The translations under genes and the position numbers were made by a program. From the NCBI GenBank assembly GCA_964543385.1, contig CAZIYE010000002.1, forward strand, positions 96,715 to 128,714: 32,000 nucleotides of DNA, given 5' to 3'. This document shows, piece by piece, positions 1 through 7,615 of this stretch. Numbering within the stretch: the first letter of the stretch is position 1; every line of letters starts with the position of its first letter. Source of the stretch: an uncultured Candidatus Saccharibacteria bacterium. Lineage in GTDB: Bacteria; Patescibacteriota; UBA1384; XYA2-FULL-43-10; 1-14-0-10-43-13. Below the pieces are notes generated by a model, which was not told the DNA's origin, did no database searches, and worked only from the letters and a program-made list of their open reading frames with translations.

Positions 1-306
1 CATTGGAGAAACATGAGGAACAAGATATTGGACTAGTTCTGGGTATCTGGACTTAACCAATGATACGCAGGTAGGGCAGGGAGATGTTATATAATATTTT
101 TGATCCGGATGGCTTTTTACATATTCCACATAAGAATAATTTACCATTCTGGCGCCAAAGGTCAGTTCGCATACCTTGTCAAATCCCAGCTTTTTAAGAG
201 CTCCAATTATTTGAGGATACTCAAAATCAATCGGGAAACTTGGGGCAAGCATACAGATGGAGGGTTTCTTTAGCAGTTCCAATAGTTCTAATTGTCTGGG
301 ATTCAT
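1..306 (-). CDS. [FeFe]-hydrogenase H-domain-like protein, N-terminal 102 codons (gene continues beyond the left edge)
   Basis: Absent from the ORF track because it runs off the window. The reverse complement of 1..306 reads MNPRQLELLELLKKPSICMLAPSFPIDFEYPQIIGALKKLGFDKVCELTFGARMVNYSYVEYVKSHPDQKYYITSPCPTCVSLVKSRYPELVQYLVPHVSPM with no stop (ATG = complement of 304..306). The GFDKV.E..FGA and ITSxCP......YPEL......SP segments resemble the start of the Fe-hydrogenase large-subunit C-terminal domain. Confidence 0.5.
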   Translation of the reverse strand, partial: MNPRQLELLELLKKPSICMLAPSFPIDFEYPQIIGALKKLGFDKVCELTFGARMVNYSYVEYVKSHPDQKYYITSPCPTCVSLVKSRYPELVQYLVPHVSPM

Positions 307-360
307 TTTTGTTTTGTAATTTAATTATTATAATTAAATTTTACACAAATCATGTCAATA

Positions 361-390
361 ACAAAAGCCCCTTTTGGGGCTTTTGTTAGA
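361..390 (-). terminator. Rho-independent terminator downstream of the KGG gene array
   Basis: Perfect 9-bp stem aaaagcccc (363..371) / ggggctttt (376..384) with loop tttt. On the minus strand it is followed by a T-run and lies 20 nt after the stop at 408. Confidence 0.7.
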
Positions 391-407
391 TAATCTATAT
401 AGTATCC

Positions 408-644
408 TTACTTCTCTGACTTTTTTCCTTCGTCTATCAGCTCTTTTACTCTCTGTCCACCCTTATGGCCGATTTCCTGATAGAAGTTTGGACCATATTT
501 ATCGCTTGTGGCCTGTCCACCTTTTTGTCCACCCTTATGGCCGATTTCCTGATAGAATTCTCTGCCATGAGTTTGACTGGTTTTGCTCCCGCCCTTGCGT
601 CCTGCCTCTTGGACTGTCATGCCACTATTTTTTTTCATTGCCAT
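408..644 (-). CDS. KGG-repeat general stress protein (YciG/GsiB-like)
   Basis: 78-aa ORF with three KGG motifs (GRKGGSKT, GHKGGQKGG, GHKGGQRV) separated by FYQEIG spacers. Hydrophilic, with no Cys or Trp. Confidence 0.85.
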   Translation of the reverse strand: MAMKKNSGMTVQEAGRKGGSKTSQTHGREFYQEIGHKGGQKGGQATSDKYGPNFYQEIGHKGGQRVKELIDEGKKSEK

Positions 645-672
645 CTAAACATCCTTTCAAATTTTTATCCGT

Positions 673-837
673 CTATCTTCTCTCTGTGGATTTACCTCGA
701 TTGATAAGATCTCTAACTTTTTGTCCACCCTTATGGCCGATTTCCTGATAGAATTCTCTGCCATGAGTTTGACTGGTTTTGCTCCCGCCCTTGCGTCCTG
801 CCTCTTGCACGGACATTTGACCTTTTGGCTCTTTCAT
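673..837 (-). CDS. KGG-repeat general stress protein, short paralog (54 aa)
   Basis: Below the track size cut-off and read by hand: MKEPKGQMSVQEAGRKGGSKTSQTHGREFYQEIGHKGGQKVRDLINRGKSTERR. ATG is the complement of 835..837 and TAG the complement of 673..675. It shares an identical 87-bp block with the 408..644 gene. Confidence 0.7.
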   Translation of the reverse strand: MKEPKGQMSVQEAGRKGGSKTSQTHGREFYQEIGHKGGQKVRDLINRGKSTERR

Positions 838-900
838 TGTGTTCCTTTAAAATTATTATTGTGAAATTTGATAATCAAAATTTAACAAATCTGCAAAGTG

Positions 901-1131
901 CTATTTCTCGCTTTCCTTGCCTTCATTGATTAATTCGCGGACCCTTTGTCCTCCTTTGTGGCCGATCTGCTCATAAAACTCGGGGCCATGTTCACGGCTA
1001 GTGGTTTCTCCTCCTTTGCGTCCAATCTGTTGGTAAAAATTATGATCGTGTGTTTCTTTGGTGCGCTCTCCACCTTTCCGTCCTGCATCCTGCACGGACA
1101 TTTGGCCTTTTTGATTTTGCATCTCTTTCAC
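901..1131 (-). CDS. KGG-repeat general stress protein (YciG/GsiB-like)
   Basis: 76-aa ORF with GRKGGERT, GRKGGETT and GHKGGQRV motifs. Same architecture and C-terminal ELINEGKESEK tail as 408..644. Confidence 0.85.
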   Translation of the reverse strand: MKEMQNQKGQMSVQDAGRKGGERTKETHDHNFYQQIGRKGGETTSREHGPEFYEQIGHKGGQRVRELINEGKESEK

Positions 1132-1325
1132 CTCCCTTCGAAATTTTATATTATGTTTTTACTATCAAAACTTACACTACCGGCTGCTCCTCAGCCTTTC
1201 AATGATAATCTTGCCAAAACAATAGAGGTTAAAGCATAAGGATTTTTGCTATATATCACAGTACCTTGCTTTGGGGATGAAAAATGTTAAAATATTAAAT
1301 ATAGGACTATAAAATAAGGATAAAA

Positions 1326-1946
1326 ATGAAAAGATTGTTTCTCGATATTGAAACCATTCCAGCAGATGGAGAGAAAATAGATACCCTGAAAAAACTCTGG
1401 GAGGAAATTAAAAAGAAAAACAATAACGGTATCAAAAAAGTTGAGTCTGATTTCGAAACTTTTTTCCGCAACACCTCATTTCAAGGGGAATTCGGTCGAA
1501 TATTGTGCATTGGATATGCCATTGATGATAACGATGTTGGGTGCTTAGTCGGTGACGAAAAAGAAATACTTCGGAAATTTTGGAAATTAGCTGGTGATAC
1601 GAATCTGTTTGTTGGACACAATCTAATGGAATTTGATTTAAGATTCATATATAAACGTTCGATTATTCACAATATTAGACCATCACGTGAGCTTAGCTTT
1701 GCTAGATATAGGTCGGAACCAATTTTTGACACAATGAAAGAATGGGAAAAGTGGGGCGCGCAAGGGGTTAGTCTTCATCGTCTAACTACAGCACTCGGTA
1801 TTACTTCTCCTAAAGAAGAGGGGATAGACGGATCAAAGGTTTATGACTATTTTCTTGCTGGTAAAACAGATGAAATCGCTGAATATTGCAAGAGAGATGT
1901 TGCCGCCACGAGAAGTGTCTATAAGAGAATGACTTTTCAGCAATAA
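1326..1946 (+). CDS. RNase H-fold 3'-5' exonuclease related to the PolB exonuclease domain
   Basis: 206 aa. It has LDIETIP (ExoI-like acidic motif), GHNLMEFDLRFI (ExoII-like) and YCKRDVAATRSVY (ExoIII-like Yx3D). Confidence 0.7.
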   Translation: MKRLFLDIETIPADGEKIDTLKKLWEEIKKKNNNGIKKVESDFETFFRNTSFQGEFGRILCIGYAIDDNDVGCLVGDEKEILRKFWKLAGDTNLFVGHNLMEFDLRFIYKRSIIHNIRPSRELSFARYRSEPIFDTMKEWEKWGAQGVSLHRLTTALGITSPKEEGIDGSKVYDYFLAGKTDEIAEYCKRDVAATRSVYKRMTFQQ

Positions 1947-1998
1947 CTGAGGGAAATAAAGATCTCTGTACTTTCATCTTCTTCTTTATCTGGACCAG

Positions 1999-2007
1999 TG
2001 TTATAAT
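1999..2007 (+). promoter_or_regulatory. Extended -10 promoter (TGtTATAAT) placed 6 nt before the ATG; candidate leaderless transcript
   Basis: tgt+tataat at 1999..2007, then tacatc, then ATG at 2014. No Shine-Dalgarno sequence is present. Confidence 0.4.
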
Positions 2008-2013
2008 TACATC

Positions 2014-2817
2014 ATGAAGAAGTTTTTTAGCTCGATTCTTATGGTTTTTGCCATCGTTAGCGCAATACTTTTTTTCGTACTCCTAAATATTTCCTTTTTC
2101 GTAAATGAGGGAAAAATAAAAAACATTTTAGAGAATGGAAACTTCTATGATAATATTGCTTTCTACATAAAAAATGAGATTGTTACAAAGTCTGATTTCA
2201 AGCTCAATGAAGGCAATAATTTTGAGGATCTAAATCAAAATGTTAATGCTGACAAGATTAAAATAACTATCAACAATGGTCTGCATGACATTTTTTCTTC
2301 CTTGGAAAATCCCAATAACTCGGAAAAGATTTTCCCTGTTAAATTTTCTAGCGAGAATACTGATGGTACAAAGTTCTATTTTGAGAAATATTTTAACATC
2401 CAGGATAATCCAGTTCTTGAATTGTTGTCAGAAAAAAATACAATATTATTGATCATTGGGGGATTGTCACTGCTGCTTCTACTATTCGGCATGCTATTTT
2501 TCTTGAAAAATCCAAAGGGTGGTCTAATGTACTTGGGTGTTTTTGCTCTCAGTACTACATTTGTGTTAGCAATTATAGCGATATTGTTGAAATTATTTGC
2601 TAGCGAGTATATGCAGACATTTGCTAATAATGTCCACCTTTTTAGAGATGCGAAGCTATTGTCGATATTAAAAAGGATTTTGTCCGTGATCGTTAGCAAT
2701 CAATTTTACTATTATCTGATTGAGATAATTAGTCTATTTGTTCTTGCTATAACTTTTTTCTCCCTTCGCAGAATGATAGTCAGAGAAGATCTGCAAGAGA
2801 TTGACAAGAAAATATAG
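2014..2817 (+). CDS. Hypothetical integral membrane protein
   Basis: 267 aa. It has an N-terminal TM helix, a ~110-aa Asn/Glu-rich extracytoplasmic segment, then about 4 hydrophobic helices. No recognisable catalytic motif. Confidence 0.6.
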   Translation: MKKFFSSILMVFAIVSAILFFVLLNISFFVNEGKIKNILENGNFYDNIAFYIKNEIVTKSDFKLNEGNNFEDLNQNVNADKIKITINNGLHDIFSSLENPNNSEKIFPVKFSSENTDGTKFYFEKYFNIQDNPVLELLSEKNTILLIIGGLSLLLLLFGMLFFLKNPKGGLMYLGVFALSTTFVLAIIAILLKLFASEYMQTFANNVHLFRDAKLLSILKRILSVIVSNQFYYYLIEIISLFVLAITFFSLRRMIVREDLQEIDKKI

Positions 2818-2830
2818 TTTGTTGGTAAAA

Positions 2831-3268
2831 TTAACTAGTTCCTATTTTGGACAAAAGCCAGTTTCTTGAATCTTCTAGAATTTGTCTAGTTTCCTTGTAG
2901 GTGATCTTTTCAAGTGCATTCTCATATGTTAGCCATTTGGCATCAGTAATTTCTTTCCCATCAATTTTGATCTCAAGGTTCTCGCAAAAACAAGGGAAAA
3001 ATTTGACAGTTTTATCTACCATTGTGCCGTGGTCATTCCAGCTATATTTTTCTATGAAATAAGTATCGGTAATTATCTTGAGAGGTCTTATCCCGGTCTC
3101 TTCGTAAAGTTCTCTTTCTGCTGTTTCAATTTCTGTTTCGCCAACCTCGGGATGTCCCTTTGGAAAGCTCCAAAATTGTCCATATTGTTCTATCAACAAA
3201 AAATAGATAGTACTTGGATCTTTATATTTTTGAAATATTGGCACAACGCCGTAAGAGAAATCCTTCAT
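2831..3268 (-). CDS. NUDIX hydrolase (Ap4A-hydrolase-like)
   Basis: Canonical Nudix box GHPEVGETEIETAERELYEETGI (Gx5Ex7REUxEExGU), preceded by W.FPKG. I prefer the ATG at 3268 (MKDFSYGVVPIF...), 1 nt after the kinase stop, over the track start at 3298, which overlaps the kinase. Confidence 0.85.
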   Translation of the reverse strand: MKDFSYGVVPIFQKYKDPSTIYFLLIEQYGQFWSFPKGHPEVGETEIETAERELYEETGIRPLKIITDTYFIEKYSWNDHGTMVDKTVKFFPCFCENLEIKIDGKEITDAKWLTYENALEKITYKETRQILEDSRNWLLSKIGTS

Positions 3269-3269
3269 A

Positions 3270-4919
3270 TTAGTGGAGGACCTCGCCTTCGCCGTCATGG
3301 GCGTCGTAAGGCTTTTTACTTAGAATTGGCATCGAGAAAAAGAAGGTTGTGCCTTTGTCAGCGCCATCGGAGTGAAACCAAATTTTACCTTTTTGCAATT
3401 CAACAAATTTCTTAGATATATACATGCCAAGTCCGGTGCCCTTGACTTCGTCTTTAAGCACATCTACCTGAGTGAATTTCTCAAAGACTGCCTGCTGGCG
3501 ATCTTTTGGTATTCCCTTGCCATTATCCTCAACCGATATAACGATTTTTTGATCATCGTTCATAACTCTGACGACTATTTTGCCGCCATCGGGAGTGTAT
3601 TTTATCGAGTTTCCGATGACATTAATAAGTACTTCAGTAATACGAGTAACGTCAAACCAAGTAGGTGGCATTTTGTGCTTAGGCTCTTCGAAAGTCAGTG
3701 TATGTTTGGCTTCTCGTGCCTTCGACATCACTTCAGTGATTGCTTGACTTATAACATCCTCGACAGGCTTTTGTTCCCAGATGATATGGATTCGTCCAGA
3801 CTCAATCCTGGAGACATTTAGGAGGTCTTTTACCATATTTGCAAGCCTTGTAGCGGATTGAAATACGCTATCGAGGTAAGTGCGAGCTTTATCAGGGATC
3901 TTGCCACCAAGACCCTCGATCAAAATCATAGAAAGGTAACCCTTGATCGCAGCGATAGGGGTATTGAGTTCATGCGATGCCATGGACAAAAAGTCATCTT
4001 TCAATTTATCCACTTCCTTTAGATGATCATTGGCAGTCTCAAGATCTTTGGCAAGTTTTTGAATTTGTTCTCGACGTTTTATTTCCTGCTTGACAGACTT
4101 AATAAGTAAATATCCACCAATGGAAACCAAACAAAAGATTGTTGCATTGATCAAAAATTGGTTAAACGTTTTCGATAATATAGTTTGAGTTCCTATGGCA
4201 ATAATTACGATTATAGCACTGGCTTCTGTTAAAATTACTTTTATATCAAAAAGTCCCTTTGCTACCATTGCATAGGTTGTGAATCCAACAAATGGTAGAA
4301 CGAAATATGTGCCGAGGTATACAAAATTATCGAGCTTAAATACCAAAACGAGTATGAGATTAAAGAATATCATTAAAAAGAACATTGATGAAACTCCAGT
4401 AAAGATAAATTTTATTTGTTCTCTTATAAAACCTTCGGCCTTTAGAAATTTTTTTATTAATAAATAAAATCCTGTTCCTATAGAACCAACTGCAGTAACT
4501 AGAAACAGTAACATGCCAGGGCCAACTTTTGGGCTTCTAGTATTGTTCACGGCATCGATTTCAACTCCAGGGAAGAATATAGGGGACATCACAACCGCAA
4601 TAGTTGCAACAACTACGATGGAATAAATAAAATAAAATTTACGTTTAAATGGCAGTTTTCCCTCTGGGAAAGCTTGAGCAAATAGAAAGAAAAAAACGGA
4701 CTGAAGTACAGCGAAAACCATTACTAATCGCATGAGAATTAAAATAGTATTATAATCTTGGGCAAGCACAGAAAAATAATTTGAAACAGACCATAAAACT
4801 AGTGAAAGGGTCAAGTAAAAAAATAAAGTTCTTAGGGTTTTGTTTTTGGACTTTGTTAATGCAATTATGCCCAGGACTAGATTTAGGGCTGCACCCAGAA
4901 TAAGTATCAGCGCGTTCAT
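3270..4919 (-). CDS. Sensor histidine kinase with N-terminal multi-TM (7TM-type) sensor; no response regulator in the window
   Basis: 549 aa. About 280 aa of TM helices and a coiled-coil linker precede the H-box SHELNTPIAAIKGY. The N, G1 and G2 boxes are present (NSIKYTP, EDNGKGIP, GTGLGMYISKKFVELQKG). The SD AGGAGGG lies 5 nt upstream of the ATG. Confidence 0.9.
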   Translation of the reverse strand: MNALILILGAALNLVLGIIALTKSKNKTLRTLFFYLTLSLVLWSVSNYFSVLAQDYNTILILMRLVMVFAVLQSVFFFLFAQAFPEGKLPFKRKFYFIYSIVVVATIAVVMSPIFFPGVEIDAVNNTRSPKVGPGMLLFLVTAVGSIGTGFYLLIKKFLKAEGFIREQIKFIFTGVSSMFFLMIFFNLILVLVFKLDNFVYLGTYFVLPFVGFTTYAMVAKGLFDIKVILTEASAIIVIIAIGTQTILSKTFNQFLINATIFCLVSIGGYLLIKSVKQEIKRREQIQKLAKDLETANDHLKEVDKLKDDFLSMASHELNTPIAAIKGYLSMILIEGLGGKIPDKARTYLDSVFQSATRLANMVKDLLNVSRIESGRIHIIWEQKPVEDVISQAITEVMSKAREAKHTLTFEEPKHKMPPTWFDVTRITEVLINVIGNSIKYTPDGGKIVVRVMNDDQKIVISVEDNGKGIPKDRQQAVFEKFTQVDVLKDEVKGTGLGMYISKKFVELQKGKIWFHSDGADKGTTFFFSMPILSKKPYDAHDGEGEVLH

Positions 4920-4946
4920 TTCCCTCCTATGATTAGCAATCAGATA

Positions 4947-6065
4947 TTATTTTAATTTACTCAAAAATTCTTTGGTATGATCAGCTCTTTTCTTTACGGA
5001 ATCGTCTGAATAATAGTTTGGTATTAAAGCGCCATCTATAGAAACATGTAATCTTCCGTCCATAATAGGATTGTTCATGGCTATATTTCTAATAATATAT
5101 GAGCCTACTGATCCTGCTAACATTGATGCTGTAGATAGCTGGGGCCATGTCTTTATTGTTTTGCCCACCTCGAGTAATGAGTCTTGCATACGGCTGACGG
5201 CGTTTTGGGGTTGAACAATTTTTAGAGATAGAGTTACGCGGTCCTGCGGCGATAGTTTGCCATGACTATTTTTGATAAGTTTGATGTCTTCTTCTGATAT
5301 TAAGCCGTGGAAAGGTTTCAAGCTAGATTTCAAGTCATATCTTTCTATGTCAACCATAACATTATCACCATTATCGGTAATCATTATTAAAGGTATTTTT
5401 TTATCTTTAGCTATTAGGCGCATATGAAGCTTCAGATGCAGGCTGTCTATCTCGTCAAAAACTATATCAGAATCTTTTACAAATTCATCAATATTGTCTT
5501 CACTTATACCATCAGAGAAAATTTGAACATTTATATACGGATTTATCTCATAAATTCTTCTTGCTAGAGCGATGGTTTTCTTTATATTAACGGATAGTAG
5601 CTCTGTTACAATTCGATTCATATTCGATGTGGAAATTGAATCACCATCAGCAATCTTAATGTTTTTGCATCCGCCTTGCATAACAGTAGCTAATACAATA
5701 TTACTGCCAACGCTTAGGCCGGCAACTGCAAGATTTGTATTCCGATATTTATCTTGTTCGGCGTGGTTTATTAAATATTTGTTGCGCGATGTTAGAAGAG
5801 TATAAAAGTCATTCTCTTCTAATGCCCTTATGACTGTTTTTCTCCATGGATAGACCACCAATGTCCCCAAGGTCTCTTGTTTAAACTCTGACAATGTCAA
5901 TTGTAGGTCAGCTTCTTTGCCTATACATGTCAGTTCAACCAATTCTTCAGCTTGGCACTCAAATATGTCGCTATAAACATATCCTTCGGAATTGAGTTTC
6001 AGCAAAATACTATCAAGCTCTTCTTTTGAGAAAAAATTAATTATATCTGGTTTAAATTGATCCAT
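4947..6065 (-). CDS. ThiF/E1-like adenylyltransferase (Rv1355c-like ThiF module) with a ~100-aa N-terminal extra domain
   Basis: 372 aa. The Rossmann nucleotide loop NLAVAGLSVGSNIVLATVMQGG is followed by IKIADGDSISTSNMNRI (the D..D....N.NR signature of the ThiF/MoeB/E1 family). The start overlaps the upstream gene by 25 nt, with a GGGAG SD inside it. Confidence 0.7.
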   Translation of the reverse strand: MDQFKPDIINFFSKEELDSILLKLNSEGYVYSDIFECQAEELVELTCIGKEADLQLTLSEFKQETLGTLVVYPWRKTVIRALEENDFYTLLTSRNKYLINHAEQDKYRNTNLAVAGLSVGSNIVLATVMQGGCKNIKIADGDSISTSNMNRIVTELLSVNIKKTIALARRIYEINPYINVQIFSDGISEDNIDEFVKDSDIVFDEIDSLHLKLHMRLIAKDKKIPLIMITDNGDNVMVDIERYDLKSSLKPFHGLISEEDIKLIKNSHGKLSPQDRVTLSLKIVQPQNAVSRMQDSLLEVGKTIKTWPQLSTASMLAGSVGSYIIRNIAMNNPIMDGRLHVSIDGALIPNYYSDDSVKKRADHTKEFLSKLK

Positions 6066-7591
6066 TGCTGTTTACTCCCTCTATCGTTACTAATTGATCC
6101 ATAAGGCATGAATACAACTCTAGGCTTAGCCTTTTCTTGGCCAATTTTTTCAACAAGAGTTTTGTATTCATAGTTGTTCTTTAGAAGATTCGAATAAATC
6201 TTTTCTCCAACATTTTTTTTTAATTCATCATTTGGTTCGATATTCTTATTCAATTCAACGGCTATTTCAATATATTGATTTCTTAAATCATCATACTTCG
6301 TGGTCATCGACATTCTAGTTGTCAATTTATCTATAATAGCTTGATCTTCAAGCCCTTTTCTAACTGTCTGCGGATAGATATTCAAGCCGTAGAGAGTAAT
6401 CGTTTGGTCTGATTTCCCGTAGAGGACAATGAAAGGTAATTTCCATATGGGAAGATTTAGTTTCTTGGCCTCTTCTAAAATATCTATACCTTCATTTTTA
6501 AATAAATTAATCATTTCATGGAAGCTATAGATAGTTCCATAATCGTGGAGGTTATAATCTAAAAGTGGCATTCCACCGACAGTAGAGCAAATTAATTCAT
6601 TGTCTACGCATTCAAAGTGTTTTAAATGTGGATGATATTGAACAAAAGTAGAAACCGTTCTGCCATTGAAGAGTTTTTCAAGCAGCTTATCATTTTTGGC
6701 ACATAGTCTTTTTATCATGATGCTAATAGGGGTCTCATGTCCAAGAATTGCTGCGTCAGCTGATCCATATGTATTCACGCTAGAATTGTAGTAGTCTTTA
6801 ATCTTTGCTTTCTTGTACAAATATTCGCGCCAATCTTCACTTATTGCCTCTGCGCCAAAGATGAATTTAAGGTTATACGAACCCCAGTCAAATCCCCTGG
6901 AAATACCTTCTTCAATTGTATCCTTTACAAAAGGAGGATATCCGCAGATCACTATTTGCTCATAGTTGTTTCCTATTTCGCTAATAATTCTTAAAATGCT
7001 GTCCATGGAAATACCTGGAGTTATGACGGAAAGATCATACCCTCTCTGTGCTATTCTTAGGCAGGAATTTAGCGTAAATACACCGGCAACATACATACCC
7101 ATTGAATAGGCATCGACTATTAATGTTCTTTTCTTGTCTATGTGAAAAAAATCCTTCAAGATCATCTCATAAATAATCGTTGTTTCTAGCTCCAAGTAAT
7201 TGCCTCTAGGCCAAAAATACGGTTTTCCGCTTGAACCAGAACTGACAGAAACCATCTTAATGGAGTCCATATAATTGCCGGGAAGTAGTTCTGAAATAGG
7301 ATATTCGTGCAGGTAATTTTTTTTGTCTATAAAACGGTTCGATTTGTTTGCTGAAAATTGCTTATAGGCGGGGACACTATTTTTTATTTCGGCCTCAAGC
7401 TCTGAGTATATTTCTTTCGAATATTTCTCGATCTCTTTAGGGTCAGTATTTTTTAGATAATTTAAAGAAAAATCAACGTCATAAATTTTAAGAGCCTCAA
7501 AAAAAGGATTGCTTGAATTGTTAATCTGTCCAATTGCTTGGTCTTTAAAATATGGTTTTAATGTTGTATAGTTATTAAAGATACTTTTCAT
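6041..7591 (-). CDS. Adenylate-forming enzyme of the ANL superfamily (PaaK / coenzyme F390 synthetase-like)
   Basis: VSSGSSGKPYFWPRG matches the (S/T)SG(S/T)TGKP AMP-binding loop of PaaK-type ligases. A later YGSADAA segment and a C-terminal lid-like region are present. I use the ATG at 7591 (MKSIFNNY...). The track's GTG at 7624 would overlap the divergent gene start. Confidence 0.65.
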   Translation of the reverse strand: MKSIFNNYTTLKPYFKDQAIGQINNSSNPFFEALKIYDVDFSLNYLKNTDPKEIEKYSKEIYSELEAEIKNSVPAYKQFSANKSNRFIDKKNYLHEYPISELLPGNYMDSIKMVSVSSGSSGKPYFWPRGNYLELETTIIYEMILKDFFHIDKKRTLIVDAYSMGMYVAGVFTLNSCLRIAQRGYDLSVITPGISMDSILRIISEIGNNYEQIVICGYPPFVKDTIEEGISRGFDWGSYNLKFIFGAEAISEDWREYLYKKAKIKDYYNSSVNTYGSADAAILGHETPISIMIKRLCAKNDKLLEKLFNGRTVSTFVQYHPHLKHFECVDNELICSTVGGMPLLDYNLHDYGTIYSFHEMINLFKNEGIDILEEAKKLNLPIWKLPFIVLYGKSDQTITLYGLNIYPQTVRKGLEDQAIIDKLTTRMSMTTKYDDLRNQYIEIAVELNKNIEPNDELKKNVGEKIYSNLLKNNYEYKTLVEKIGQEKAKPRVVFMPYGSISNDRGSKQQWINLNQI

Positions 7592-7615
7592 GATTCTAAT
7601 ATAGCATATTAAATT

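Noticed and set aside
374-1239. Plus-strand ORFs 374..748, 465..704 and 946..1239
   Set aside because: They are antisense shadows of the three KGG genes. Their products are low-complexity Leu/Phe/Ser-rich with no motifs, whereas the minus-strand frames carry clear KGG repeats, start codons and a terminator.
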